Origin: an archaeon
Lineage (GTDB): Archaea; Micrarchaeota; Micrarchaeia; Anstonellales; Anstonellaceae
Direction: 5' to 3'
DNA length: 64,000 nucleotides
Assembly: GCA_020056635.1 (NCBI GenBank)
Contig: JAGVHI010000007.1
Coordinates: 3,078-67,077, forward strand
The notes below the pieces were generated by a model that was not told where the DNA came from, ran no database searches, and saw only the letters and a program-made list of their open reading frames with translations. The position numbers were made by a program, and so were the translations under genes. Below are positions 1 to 9,366 of this stretch, piece by piece (the stretch's first letter is position 1; every line of letters starts with the position of its first letter).

Positions 1-1311
1 GCTCTCAAGAGGATAAAGCCCACAAAAAAGGAGCAAGCGCGCGATTTGGAGCAGGCTGACAGGATTATCTCCAGCATACGCTCAAAAGTCCCAAAGCACA
101 TTGAAGTTGCGCTCATGGGCTCGGTCGCAAAGGGCACGAACCTGAAAGGGAACCGCGATTTTGACATTTTCATCCTGTTCCCGCGAAACTACACCCACCA
201 TGAGATGAGCTCGCTTGGCCTGCACTACGCAAAGCTTGCGGCGCACAAGCACGAGCTTGCATATGCAGAGCACCCGTACCTGAAGGCATGGATTGGCGGG
301 CAGCGCGTGGACATAGTCCCCTCATTCAAAATCGATAAAATTGAAGAAAAGGCCTCCTCTGTTGACCGCTCGCAGCTTCACACTGTATATGTGAACGGAA
401 AAATAACGGATAAGCAAAGGGATGAAGTGCGGCTTTTGAAAAAATTCATGCAAACACTCGGCGTGTACGGGGCAGAGCTGCGCGTTGAAGGGTTCTCAGG
501 CTACTTATGCGAACTTCTCATCCTGCACTACGGCTCACTTGAGAAACTGATGCGCTCAGCCTGCTCCTATCACCGCCCGGTCCTAGATTTGGCAAACACC
601 GGAAACCAGGATGTTGGGAAACTATTCGATTCCCCGATGGTTGTGACGGACCCTGTTGACCCAAGGCGCAACGTTGCCGCAGTGGTCTCCGCCACCTCAC
701 TCTACCGGTTCGTGCTTGCGTGCAGGCAGTTCCTCTCCTCCCCCGCAACCCAATTCTTCTTCAAAGAAAAGGAGGTGCACTCAAAGAAGAAGCTCTCAGT
801 GCTCATTTCCTCACGCAAAACAGCCTCGCTTGCAATTCTCTTCCCTGCCCCGCACCTTGTGGAGGACATACTCTGGCCCCAGCTGAAAAAAACTACTCTC
901 TCGCTTGTAAACGTGCTCTCCCAGAACGATTTCGAGGTGTTCGGGTACTACTACTGGTCTAATAGCAAGGAATGCGTTATTTTGCTCGAGCTCCAGTGTG
1001 AAACTCTCCCCGCTGTACGCAAGCTATACGGTCCCGCTGTTTGGATGCAAAAACCAACTGAGGATTTCATGCGTGCGCACAAGTCCGCATGCAACCTCCA
1101 TATTGAGCATGAGAGGGTCACTGCAATGGAAAAGCGGCAGTTTGCATCTGCACAGGCGCTCATTTTGCACTTTGCAAAAAACGGCCAAAAATTCGGGGTC
1201 CCGGGCAATTTTGTCCATAATTTCTCGCGCCTAAAAATACTCAGTGCAAACAGGCTGCTGGATAAGAAGCACATTGAGATACTTTCTGACTATTTCACTC
1301 GCACGGTGTGA
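1..1311 (+). CDS. cca: CCA-adding enzyme (archaeal class I tRNA nucleotidyltransferase), 5' end cut by window edge
   Basis: Frame 1 is open from base 1: ALKRIKPTKKEQARDLEQ precedes the listed TTG at 46. Nucleotidyltransferase motif GSVAKGTNLKGNRDFDIFILF is present. Length and layout fit archaeal CCA enzymes. Confidence 0.85.
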   Translation, partial: ALKRIKPTKKEQARDLEQADRIISSIRSKVPKHIEVALMGSVAKGTNLKGNRDFDIFILFPRNYTHHEMSSLGLHYAKLAAHKHELAYAEHPYLKAWIGGQRVDIVPSFKIDKIEEKASSVDRSQLHTVYVNGKITDKQRDEVRLLKKFMQTLGVYGAELRVEGFSGYLCELLILHYGSLEKLMRSACSYHRPVLDLANTGNQDVGKLFDSPMVVTDPVDPRRNVAAVVSATSLYRFVLACRQFLSSPATQFFFKEKEVHSKKKLSVLISSRKTASLAILFPAPHLVEDILWPQLKKTTLSLVNVLSQNDFEVFGYYYWSNSKECVILLELQCETLPAVRKLYGPAVWMQKPTEDFMRAHKSACNLHIEHERVTAMEKRQFASAQALILHFAKNGQKFGVPGNFVHNFSRLKILSANRLLDKKHIEILSDYFTRTV

Positions 1312-1348
1312 CATACCAGAAACACACGAGAATAGTCACACCGTGCGA
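1299..1348. repeat. 14-bp perfect inverted repeat (arms 1299-1312 and 1335-1348, 22-nt loop) spanning the cca stop codon
   Basis: TCGCACGGTGTGAC ... GTCACACCGTGCGA read directly. The TGA stop at 1309-1311 lies inside the left arm. Confidence 0.7.
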
Positions 1349-1420
1349 CAAGAAGCGTAATTTAGCGACCGGAAACCTACCCTCCCCCAATTTAAGAATT
1401 GAGCCCCAAAAGCACCTTGC

Positions 1421-2194
1421 ATGAAGCACATACTGAACTTTTACTTCTCAGGTGGCCCGCTCCTCACATTCCGTGAGCAGGAGGAAGTTACGGAAGAGCA
1501 CATCAAGGGCAATATCCATTTCCGCTTCTCGGACATGCGCGCATGCACGGGCTACCGCACAGAGGAAACATACCTGCCATGCCCGAATAATTGCATAAAC
1601 TGCCGCCAGTGCCCCTCCTGCTCCTACCGGGATGTTTCGCGCGTCTATACTGTGGGCGATTTCTCGCAGCACCCCAAAATGTACGAAAAATTGAAACAAG
1701 AGACCTATTGCATTTACCTAGCTGCATTCGGCGCGGATATCATAAAAGCCGGGCTCACGCGAAAGGAGCGGCTGCCCGACCGCTGGCTCGAGCAAGGCGC
1801 GGACATGGCGGTATCCATACTCGAGTTCGACGGGCCGGATAAGGCATATCCCGCAGAGCGGCTGCTCCATGACCATTTCGATTTTAGGAATGCGGTCCAA
1901 ACCCGCACGAAAATCAAAAAGCTTGCGGAAGATGCCCCAAAGGACGCTAAAAACAACCTTGAGGAGGCAATTTCGCAAATCAAATCATCGGGCTTCTTCT
2001 CAAATGCTTCGCTTGGAGCCCATATAGCCGACCTCTCTCCCCGCTACCCGAAATGGGACAATCCAAGCGAGGAGTTTGAGCTTGCGGAGGGGGAGATGGA
2101 AGGGTGCAAGGGGCAACTTTTGTTTTTCAGGGATGCGGATGGCAGGCAGAAGTTCGTGAACATGCGCTCGAAAATATCAAGCTTCATAATATGA
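1421..2194 (+). CDS. Cys-rich (zinc-ribbon-like) protein, possibly DUF2797/T5orf172-like; function unknown
   Basis: ATG start. TATA-like TTTAAGAA (1391-1398) is centred 26.5 nt upstream, which fits a leaderless mRNA. Cys cluster CPNNCINCRQCPSC, followed by YCIYLAAFGADIIKAGLTRKERLPDRWLEQGA. Confidence 0.6.
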   Translation: MKHILNFYFSGGPLLTFREQEEVTEEHIKGNIHFRFSDMRACTGYRTEETYLPCPNNCINCRQCPSCSYRDVSRVYTVGDFSQHPKMYEKLKQETYCIYLAAFGADIIKAGLTRKERLPDRWLEQGADMAVSILEFDGPDKAYPAERLLHDHFDFRNAVQTRTKIKKLAEDAPKDAKNNLEEAISQIKSSGFFSNASLGAHIADLSPRYPKWDNPSEEFELAEGEMEGCKGQLLFFRDADGRQKFVNMRSKISSFII

Positions 2195-2195
2195 T

Positions 2196-2906
2196 TTACC
2201 GCACTGGCTCATATTTTGTCGCGGGCTTCTCAAACAGCTCCGCCCTAAAGAAATTGATTATGTGGAAAAACAGGTATTTGAGGTAGCCCCACTTCTTTAT
2301 CCTCCTCATCGAAAAATAAACCACTGCCTTTGGCGCGTATGCCACGCGCCCATGCTTTTTCGCGCGGTTTATAATGTCCATATCCTCCGCGGTCACAAGC
2401 GAGGTGTTGAACCCCCCTATCTTCTCAAACACGTCCCTCCTTATCGCCACGTCCCCGCCATATACATACGGTATTTGGAAAAAGCACAGCACGCGCGCAA
2501 TCGGGTCCATCACAAAATCCGAGAACAGGTGCGACACCACGTCGTGCTCAAGTGGCAGCGGCTTCCCTGTCACTGCAATCACCTTGCTGTCCCTGAACGG
2601 CTCAGTCAGATGCTCAAGCCAGTCAGGGGGCGCAATTGTGTCCGCGTCCGTGTAAGCCACTATCTTCCCAAGCGCAATCCGCGTCCCGGTCTGCCTGCCA
2701 GCTGCAATTGTCCTTGTTGGCTCGATTATTATGTTGCTTGTGTATTTCCTCGCAATCTCAACTGTCTTGTCTTCGGAATTCCCGTCTGACACGATAAGCT
2801 CGAACGTTCCCGCGAACTTCTGGTCCACGATGCTCTGGAGCGTGCGCTCGATATATTTCTCCTCATTTAGCGCGGGCACCACCACGGAAACATCCGCCGT
2901 TTTCAT
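2196..2906 (-). CDS. Family 2 glycosyltransferase (dolichyl-phosphate sugar synthase-like)
   Basis: N-terminal GT2 signature VVVPALNEEKYIERTLQSIVDQ...ELIVSDGNSEDKT, and a DAD motif (YTDADT). Confidence 0.85.
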   Translation of the reverse strand: MKTADVSVVVPALNEEKYIERTLQSIVDQKFAGTFELIVSDGNSEDKTVEIARKYTSNIIIEPTRTIAAGRQTGTRIALGKIVAYTDADTIAPPDWLEHLTEPFRDSKVIAVTGKPLPLEHDVVSHLFSDFVMDPIARVLCFFQIPYVYGGDVAIRRDVFEKIGGFNTSLVTAEDMDIINRAKKHGRVAYAPKAVVYFSMRRIKKWGYLKYLFFHIINFFRAELFEKPATKYEPVR

Positions 2907-2946
2907 GGAAGAAATAGAATGCGCTTTGTTTTTAATTGAATAGCAG

Positions 2947-3144
2947 TGGGCCGGAGGAGATTTGAACTCCCGACCTTTCGATTTCTAAAAGCCCGATTTG
3001 CGCTTTGACCAGAATGGATAGCTGGCTTTTGCGTGCGTCGGAAAACGAAACATTTTCCGTGAACGCTTTTGCGAGCGTGCCCATCTGGAGCGAGCAAAAG
3101 GGTTCTATCAGTCGAACGCTCCAACCAGGCTAAGCTACCGGCCC
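2947..3144 (-). tRNA. tRNA-Ile (anticodon GAU) with a ~125-nt intron at the canonical 37/38 position
   Basis: Minus-strand read: GGGCCGG-TA-GCTT..GAGC-G-TTCGA-CTGATA[intron]A-TCGAA-AGGTC-GGGAG-TTCAAAT-CTCCT-CCGGCCC-A. The acceptor, D, anticodon and T stems all pair. The intron is about 2983-3107. No CCA is encoded. Confidence 0.85.
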
Positions 3145-3172
3145 AATGCATCCTCTTTTCCGCGCGCATCTT

Positions 3173-3180
3173 TTTATATA
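3173..3180 (+). promoter_or_regulatory. TATA box TTTATATA for the T2SS-F-like gene pair
   Basis: Centred 26.5 nt upstream of the ATG at 3203, which fits a leaderless transcript. Confidence 0.55.
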
Positions 3181-3202
3181 TAGCCTCCATTCGTTCTATC
3201 GT

Positions 3203-4087
3203 ATGCGCGTTCCCCTATTGCTGTTTTCGCTCGAGCAGGCGCAGACCCTGGGCACGAGGTTCCGCGGCCTCGGGGTGAAAGTGTATTCCCTCTACCCAGG
3301 CTTGCGCTACGACCTGGTAAACGCGGACCTGGATATTGCGCCTGAACGCTATTCCGCCACATCTTTTCTTTCTGCAGTAATATGGGGCCTCGTGTTTGGC
3401 TTCCTTGGACGGCTTGTTGCCACGCTGCGGGCAATGGAGGAGCCCCAAGGCTTCCTACTATCATTCGGGCTTTTTGTGGGAGGCACGCTTGTTTTCCTAG
3501 TGCTGCACATGATCTACCCGAAAATAATAGCAGGGAAGGTGGCAGCTGGCGTGGACCGGGAGCTTGTGTTCGCGGCGCGAGATCTCTTAATCCAGATAAG
3601 CTCCGGAATCCCGCTCTACACCGCAATCGCGAACGTTGCCGATGCGGATTACGGGCAGGTGAGCGAGGAGTTCCGGGTGCTTGTGCGCGAGGTGCGCTCA
3701 GGCAAGTCCATAGTCGAGGCGATTGAGAACATGGCGGTGCGCACGAAATCAATCTACTTAAAAAAGACCGCATGGCAGCTGGTCACGGCTATCCGCTCCG
3801 GCGCGAACCTTGAAGCCGCGCTAAAGGGCATTGTGAAGCTGCTCATGGACTACCAGTTCTCCCTGAACAAAAGCTACAGCGCTGAACTCAACTTCATCAT
3901 CTTGATTTACCTTCTCACCGCTGCGGTGCTGCCCACGGTCGGCGTGACCGTGCTGGTGATTTTCTCGGTGTTCGGCATGCTCTCGATAAACGAGGCTGTG
4001 TTCGCTGGAATAATCGGGATTTCCTTTGCTGTCCAGGCTGCAATAATCGGCTACCTGTACACCAAGCGGCCTGCAATCTACAGCTAG
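3203..4087 (+). CDS. Type II secretion system F-domain membrane protein (FlaJ/TadB-like), first of a split pair
   Basis: T2SSF-like segment LIQISSGIPLYTAIANVADADYGQVSEEFRVLVREVRSGKSIVEAIENM with flanking TM helices. The start was moved from 3146 to the ATG at 3203 because of the adjacent tRNA (ends 3144) and the TATA position. Confidence 0.7.
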   Translation: MRVPLLLFSLEQAQTLGTRFRGLGVKVYSLYPGLRYDLVNADLDIAPERYSATSFLSAVIWGLVFGFLGRLVATLRAMEEPQGFLLSFGLFVGGTLVFLVLHMIYPKIIAGKVAAGVDRELVFAARDLLIQISSGIPLYTAIANVADADYGQVSEEFRVLVREVRSGKSIVEAIENMAVRTKSIYLKKTAWQLVTAIRSGANLEAALKGIVKLLMDYQFSLNKSYSAELNFIILIYLLTAAVLPTVGVTVLVIFSVFGMLSINEAVFAGIIGISFAVQAAIIGYLYTKRPAIYS

Positions 4088-4097
4088 GGTGCTTGCT

Positions 4098-5135
4098 ATG
4101 AAGTATATAATTTACCGGAAATTCGCAACAGCCCTCCACGAGAGGGAGGCAAGCAAGATATCCCAGCTCCTCTCCTATGCGGGCATCACTGGCTCTCACG
4201 AGAGCTGGATTGGCTCAAGGCTGCTGCTCGCCCTTCTTGCAGGGCTGGTTGGGGGGATCATCCCCTTCTCGCTTTTCCGGCTGCTCGGGGTTGCCAACCT
4301 GGCGTTCGGTGTCGTAAGCGAGGGCGACCTGCCAATCATGCTCGGCCTTTCCTTCCTTCTCGCATTCGGCAGCTTCTCCGCAATCATCGTGCTTGTCTAT
4401 CTCCATGTTTACTACCTGATTTCGGACCGCTCAAAGCGGGTAGAGGAGGTGCTGCCTGATTTCCTGCTCATGGTCGCTGCAAACCTGCGCGCAGGGCTCA
4501 CTCCATATGCCGCATTCCAGGCTTCCGCCCGCCCTGAATTCGGCCCGCTTGAGACCGAAATCAAGGTTATAAGCTCCAAATCCCTTGGGACTGAATCTTT
4601 CACCGAGGCGCTCCACAGCCTAAATACCCGAATCGACAGCTCAATACTCAGGCGTACTGTGGCATTTTTTGAGAATGGCCTTCGCTCCGGAGGCAAGCTT
4701 GCTGCCCTGCTTGAAACCTCTGCAGAGGAGCTCCGCAAGGGGGACGAAATGAAGCGAGACATGGCTCTCAACACCAAGACATACGCAATTTTCCTAGTAT
4801 TCATCCTTGTGATGGGGCTTCCGCTCCTGCTGTCAATTTCCACGCAGTTCCTTGAGACTTTCGCAAGGATACAAACGCAGGTTACCCCTGGCTCGACGGC
4901 GGGCATCTCGCCAATAAGCTCCCCCAAGCTCTCAGTCTCGCCAGAAACTCTCCAAACCATGACCCACATAATCATAATCGGCACCTCGATTCTGGCAAGC
5001 GTGACCATCGGGGTGATTACTGAAGGAAAACTACTCTACGGGCTCAAATACTCAATACCCCTCATGCTCTCCTCAGGGCTCATGTTCTACCTATTCCGCG
5101 CGCTCTTGGGCAACTTCCTTGGGAGCCTGATTTAG
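4098..5135 (+). CDS. Type II secretion system F-domain membrane protein (FlaJ/TadC-like), second of a split pair
   Basis: T2SSF-like segment VAANLRAGLTPYAAFQASARPEFGPLETEIKVISSKSLGTESFTEALHSL plus TM helices. The ATG at 4098 is preceded by AGGGTG. It lies 10 nt after the upstream stop. Confidence 0.7.
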   Translation: MKYIIYRKFATALHEREASKISQLLSYAGITGSHESWIGSRLLLALLAGLVGGIIPFSLFRLLGVANLAFGVVSEGDLPIMLGLSFLLAFGSFSAIIVLVYLHVYYLISDRSKRVEEVLPDFLLMVAANLRAGLTPYAAFQASARPEFGPLETEIKVISSKSLGTESFTEALHSLNTRIDSSILRRTVAFFENGLRSGGKLAALLETSAEELRKGDEMKRDMALNTKTYAIFLVFILVMGLPLLLSISTQFLETFARIQTQVTPGSTAGISPISSPKLSVSPETLQTMTHIIIIGTSILASVTIGVITEGKLLYGLKYSIPLMLSSGLMFYLFRALLGNFLGSLI

Positions 5136-5154
5136 GGCAAACGGGGTGCATCAC

Positions 5155-5952
5155 ATGAAGCCGCTCAAGGCGATAATATTCGACATGGATGGCGTAATCT
5201 ACAGAGGAAACTCAGCTGTTGAAGGTGTGCCCGAGGCAATTGACAAATTGCGTAAGCGCGGTATCGCCTCTCTTTTCCTTACCAACAACGCAACAAGAAC
5301 AAGAGCGCAATATGCAAAGCGCCTTGCTTCGATAGGGATAGCCGCATCCGAAAATGACATTATGACTTCCTCGCACGGGGTTGCTTCATACATACTGGAA
5401 AAATACGGTGCTGGAAAAAGCGCCTGCATTATTGGCGAGGGCGGCATGCTAAAAGAAGCCAAAAAATCAGGCATTGAAATTTTAGCCCTCTCTTCAACCT
5501 CGGTTCCTGATTTCACAATAGTTTCGCTCGACCGCTCGCTCACATACGAGAAAGCTGCTGCGGCTCACCGCTTCATATTGCAAGGCTCTCATTTCATTGC
5601 TGCAAACAGCGACCCCACTCTTCCGCTCGAGCATCTCTCGGCACCGGGCTCAGGCTCAATAGTTGCGATGCTTGAAAAATCAACTGGAAAGAAGGCTGAA
5701 GTAGTTGGAAAACCAAACCTGTTCATGCTAAACGAACTATTGCGCGAGCACAAGCTTGCCCCAAAGGATGCCGCGTTTGTTGGCGACAGGCTCGAAATAG
5801 ACATTTTGATGGCAAACAAAGCAGGGCTGTACTCAATACTTGTGCTCTCAGGGGTTGCAAATGCAGCTGATGCAAAAAAGACGAAAGGCGCGCTTAAGCC
5901 AAAAGCAATTCTCGATTCAGCTGCAGAGCTTCCAAAATTCCTCGGGCTATAA
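5155..5952 (+). CDS. HAD-IIA family sugar phosphatase (NagD-like)
   Basis: Motif I FDMDGVIY, then LTNN and the GDRLEIDI motif. The ATG at 5155 is preceded by GGGGTG. Confidence 0.8.
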   Translation: MKPLKAIIFDMDGVIYRGNSAVEGVPEAIDKLRKRGIASLFLTNNATRTRAQYAKRLASIGIAASENDIMTSSHGVASYILEKYGAGKSACIIGEGGMLKEAKKSGIEILALSSTSVPDFTIVSLDRSLTYEKAAAAHRFILQGSHFIAANSDPTLPLEHLSAPGSGSIVAMLEKSTGKKAEVVGKPNLFMLNELLREHKLAPKDAAFVGDRLEIDILMANKAGLYSILVLSGVANAADAKKTKGALKPKAILDSAAELPKFLGL

Positions 5953-5954
5953 AG

Positions 5955-6515
5955 CTACTGTTTGCACATGCGGGCAAAATTCCTAAAAATAGCTCTTCCC
6001 ACTTCGCCGGATTTTTCTGGGTGGAACTGAACCCCGTAAATGTCCTTCTGCCCGTGCTTCATCGCTTCGTTGCCGCAGCTGGCTGATTTTGCAAGCAGCG
6101 TGAAACCATCTGGCAGGCTGACGAATTCCTTGTGCGATTCACGGAAAAGCGATCTGTTTTCCACGCCGGCGAACAATGCGTCTTTTTCTAGGATTTCTAT
6201 TTTTTCTTTTTGGTCTATCTTGGTACCTGATGAGATGCTGGAACCATGCAGCAGGCCGATTATCTGGTGGCCAAGGCAGACTCCAAGAACTGGGATGCAA
6301 CCGTCTTTAACAAACTCGAACGGCTTGGCATATCGTTTCCAGTCTATTTCTGAAAGCAGGATAGGGCCGCCTGAAATGACTATTCCCGAATATTTAGCGA
6401 AATCATGTCCTTCAAGCTTCTCGATACCGACAATCTCGTACGCTTGCTCCAATACGCCAATGCTTTCTTTTAATTCAGCAAGAAAAGAAGTGCCGCAATT
6501 GATTATGCAGAGCAT
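5955..6515 (-). CDS. guaA: Class I glutamine amidotransferase, GMP synthase subunit A-like
   Basis: GVCLGHQ nucleophile elbow and GVQFHPE motif. At 186 aa it is the size of a stand-alone GATase subunit. Confidence 0.7.
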   Translation of the reverse strand: MLCIINCGTSFLAELKESIGVLEQAYEIVGIEKLEGHDFAKYSGIVISGGPILLSEIDWKRYAKPFEFVKDGCIPVLGVCLGHQIIGLLHGSSISSGTKIDQKEKIEILEKDALFAGVENRSLFRESHKEFVSLPDGFTLLAKSASCGNEAMKHGQKDIYGVQFHPEKSGEVGRAIFRNFARMCKQ

Positions 6516-6522
6516 AGATGAA

Positions 6523-6810
6523 CTACCCGAACAGATTCTTTACTGCCGCCTCGACATTCTCGTCCCCGACGCTTGCATATTCCGCCTGCTCAATCCCATG
6601 GTCTTCAACTGGCTCGATTGCACTCTCCGCGCCGCCTGCGGAAGATGGCACCGCAGAACCGCCCATCATGGCGCTCATGGTGATGTGCATTGCCATTCCG
6701 CACGATGTGCAGTTTCCTGAAACTGTCACGTCCTCCAAATTAAGCTCCGAGCTTATTTCAAAAGCGTGCGCTTTGCCGCACTTGCACGAAAAGAGCTTCT
6801 TTAAGTTCAT
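6523..6810 (-). CDS. Small 4-Cys zinc-ribbon-like protein with acidic tail
   Basis: CKCG...CTSCG pairs. It lies 8 nt upstream of the GATase gene on the same strand. Confidence 0.45.
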   Translation of the reverse strand: MNLKKLFSCKCGKAHAFEISSELNLEDVTVSGNCTSCGMAMHITMSAMMGGSAVPSSAGGAESAIEPVEDHGIEQAEYASVGDENVEAAVKNLFG

Positions 6811-6844
6811 ATTGGTCGCCCCCTATTCCAGTGATAGGATCCAT

Positions 6845-8602
6845 TCACTCGACCGTGACTGATTTTGCAAGGTTCCTCGGCTTGTCCGGGTCCTTGCCAA
6901 GTTTCACGGCCATGTAATACGCAAGAAGTTGCAGCGGGAGAATATAAATGATTGGGGCGAACAGGCCAGGCACGGCTGGCATTGCGAATTTCCAGTCAGC
7001 CTCCGCAAGCAATCCTAAATGGTCGCTCACCGCAAGCACTCTTGCTTTCCTTGCCTTGCATTCCTTCACATTCGTAACCAGTTTCACCATGTTCTCATCA
7101 AAATTCCCGATTGCAATAATCGGCACCCCGTCCTCAAGCATTGAGAGCGGGCCGTGCTTCAATTCGCCCGCAGCATACGCCTCAGCGTGCAAATACGCAA
7201 TCTCCTTGAGTTTCAATGCACCTTCCAGCGCAATCGGGAAATACACCCCCCTTCCAATGAAAAAGAAATCCTTCTTTTTTGCAAGCTCGCCCACCAGCTT
7301 CTCAACATCGCCGCTCTTGGAAAGGACTGCTTCTGCAACCCCTGACAGGTCATGGAGCTGCAAAAGCTCCTTTTTCTTTCCAGCAAGCGTTAGCGCAATC
7401 TTGTAGAGCACCACAAGCTGGCTTGTGAAGCTCTTGGTCGCAACAACCGCAATTTCGGGCCCTGCCCCTATATACACAGTCGCATCAGCCTCCCTTGTAA
7501 GCGAGCTCCCGAACACATTGGTTATCCCGATTATTCTTGCGCCCTTCCCCTTCGCAAACCGCACTGCAGAAAGTGTATCCGCAGTCTCGCCAGACTGGCT
7601 TATCGCAATCGCGCAAGTGCCCTTGTCAAACACCCCTGATCTGAACTCCGAGCCAATCACCGCATCCGCCCTAATCCCGCACTCGGATGCAAGCAGGTGC
7701 TTGAACACAAGCGCGGCATAATAAGAGGTCCCGCACGCTATTATTGAGATGTTTTTAGCTCGTTTAAGCTCATTTACGGCCCAGTTCACATCCACTGCAG
7801 ACGATTGCCTGATTGTTGCCTGCTGCTCGAATATTTCCTTTAGCATGAAATGCGGATACCCTTCCTTCTGCGCCATCTGCGGGGTCCAATCCACATGCTT
7901 TGAGGGTCGGCTGGTTTTCTTTCCAGCCGCATCATAAACATCATACCCGCCATCGCTCAGGATTGCGGCTTCCGCTTCCCCCAGGAATACGAACTCCCTT
8001 GTCCTATCCAGCACAGCAGGCATATCCGATGCAAAGAACATCTCCCCTTTTCCTATGCCTATTACAAGCGGGCAGCTCTTCCTTGCGCCATAAATTTTCC
8101 TTTCTCCCTGCCTGAAAATGACGAACGAATACGAACCCTCCACGTCCTTTAGCATATCAAAAAAAGCCTTCTTAAAATCCCCTTTAGCCGTTTTCAAATT
8201 CTCCTCAAGCAAATGTGCAACCAATTCAGTATCCGTTTCTGATTTGAACTTGTGCCCCAGCTTCCCCAGCCTTTCCCTCAATTCCGCGAAATTTTCAATT
8301 ATCCCATTGTGCACAAGGCAGATTGTGCCTGTGCAGTCTGTGTGCGGGTGCGCATTCTGCTTGTTTACCTCCCCGTGCGTAGCCCAGCGCGTGTGCCCAA
8401 TCCCTACAGTCCCCTGCAATGAGGAAAAGTCGTTCCTTTTCTCAATTTCCGCAATCTTGCCCGCATCCTTCATTATCTCAATTTTGGAATTGCTCACCGC
8501 AATGCCTGCCGAATCATAGCCCCTGTATTCCACTTTCCTTAGTGCTTCCAGTATCACTTCAGACGCTTTTTTCGGGCCTATGTAGCCGACTATCCCGCAC
8601 AT
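6845..8602 (-). CDS. glmS: Glutamine--fructose-6-phosphate aminotransferase
   Basis: MCGIVGY N-terminal nucleophile, two SIS domains, and the C-terminal KSVTVE. Confidence 0.95.
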   Translation of the reverse strand: MCGIVGYIGPKKASEVILEALRKVEYRGYDSAGIAVSNSKIEIMKDAGKIAEIEKRNDFSSLQGTVGIGHTRWATHGEVNKQNAHPHTDCTGTICLVHNGIIENFAELRERLGKLGHKFKSETDTELVAHLLEENLKTAKGDFKKAFFDMLKDVEGSYSFVIFRQGERKIYGARKSCPLVIGIGKGEMFFASDMPAVLDRTREFVFLGEAEAAILSDGGYDVYDAAGKKTSRPSKHVDWTPQMAQKEGYPHFMLKEIFEQQATIRQSSAVDVNWAVNELKRAKNISIIACGTSYYAALVFKHLLASECGIRADAVIGSEFRSGVFDKGTCAIAISQSGETADTLSAVRFAKGKGARIIGITNVFGSSLTREADATVYIGAGPEIAVVATKSFTSQLVVLYKIALTLAGKKKELLQLHDLSGVAEAVLSKSGDVEKLVGELAKKKDFFFIGRGVYFPIALEGALKLKEIAYLHAEAYAAGELKHGPLSMLEDGVPIIAIGNFDENMVKLVTNVKECKARKARVLAVSDHLGLLAEADWKFAMPAVPGLFAPIIYILPLQLLAYYMAVKLGKDPDKPRNLAKSVTVE

Positions 8603-8672
8603 GGATTAGGAATCGGAGTTTGAAATAATAAATGCATGGGGTTTTAGGAAGAAAAAGAAGGAGCCGAATCGC

Positions 8673-9233
8673 CTAAGGCCCGTTCCCAACGCCTCCAAGA
8701 TATACTTGAACCCTACCGATATCTTCAGCTTTCCTTTTCGCTATTTCGCTGGCATGGCTCATTGCCACATAGGCGCTATTCTTATTCAAGAACTTTTCCG
8801 TGCTTTTGCCGACAACGAAATTTAATACTCCAACGGCGACAAGGGATACTCCAAAAATCACACCCGGGCCTATTCCTGCCGCCCAAGCCGAAAGCGATGC
8901 AATTACTGCCCCAGCCAAACCCCAGATGCGGCCCCATTTAATTCCTCGCCTGTCAATCTCCTTTTGTACTGTCTGCAGCGATTCCACTTGGGGGTTGACG
9001 GTATTCAAGTATTTTTCGGCCTCTGCACATAGCAATTTGGCATGTTCTGTCTCATCGACAGTTTGGCTCTTGATACGTCTTTTGGTTGTTCCAAAAGCTT
9101 CCATAAACTCAAAGGAAGAACGCGCAATAACCCCGCGATGTTCATTTCTTACGCGCCTCAGCTCTCTTGTTTTCAAACCGCGCATTTGGACAAGCTGTTG
9201 AACAGATGCTGGAACTGCATTGGCCATAGTCAT
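8673..9233 (-). CDS. Hypothetical membrane protein (two predicted TM helices)
   Basis: Balanced composition and hydrophobic stretches (WGLAGAVIASLSAWAAGIGPGVIFGVSLVAVGVLNFVV). The opposite-strand ORF is compositionally implausible. Confidence 0.55.
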   Translation of the reverse strand: MTMANAVPASVQQLVQMRGLKTRELRRVRNEHRGVIARSSFEFMEAFGTTKRRIKSQTVDETEHAKLLCAEAEKYLNTVNPQVESLQTVQKEIDRRGIKWGRIWGLAGAVIASLSAWAAGIGPGVIFGVSLVAVGVLNFVVGKSTEKFLNKNSAYVAMSHASEIAKRKAEDIGRVQVYLGGVGNGP

Positions 9234-9366
9234 TGAACCTCACCGCAGTTATTGCTCATCCATCCTTTTTAACCCTTTCCCACGCAAACGAGGAAGAACT
9301 GGGAAGCCCGAACATAGGTATACCTATATATACTTTTTGCAGGGAAAGTAGGCGCAGGTGAACTAC

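Noticed and set aside
2983-3107. A C/D-box guide RNA or homing-endonuclease ORF inside the long tRNA-Ile intron.
   Set aside because: No RUGAUGA/CUGA box pairs and no ORF of meaningful length were seen in either orientation.
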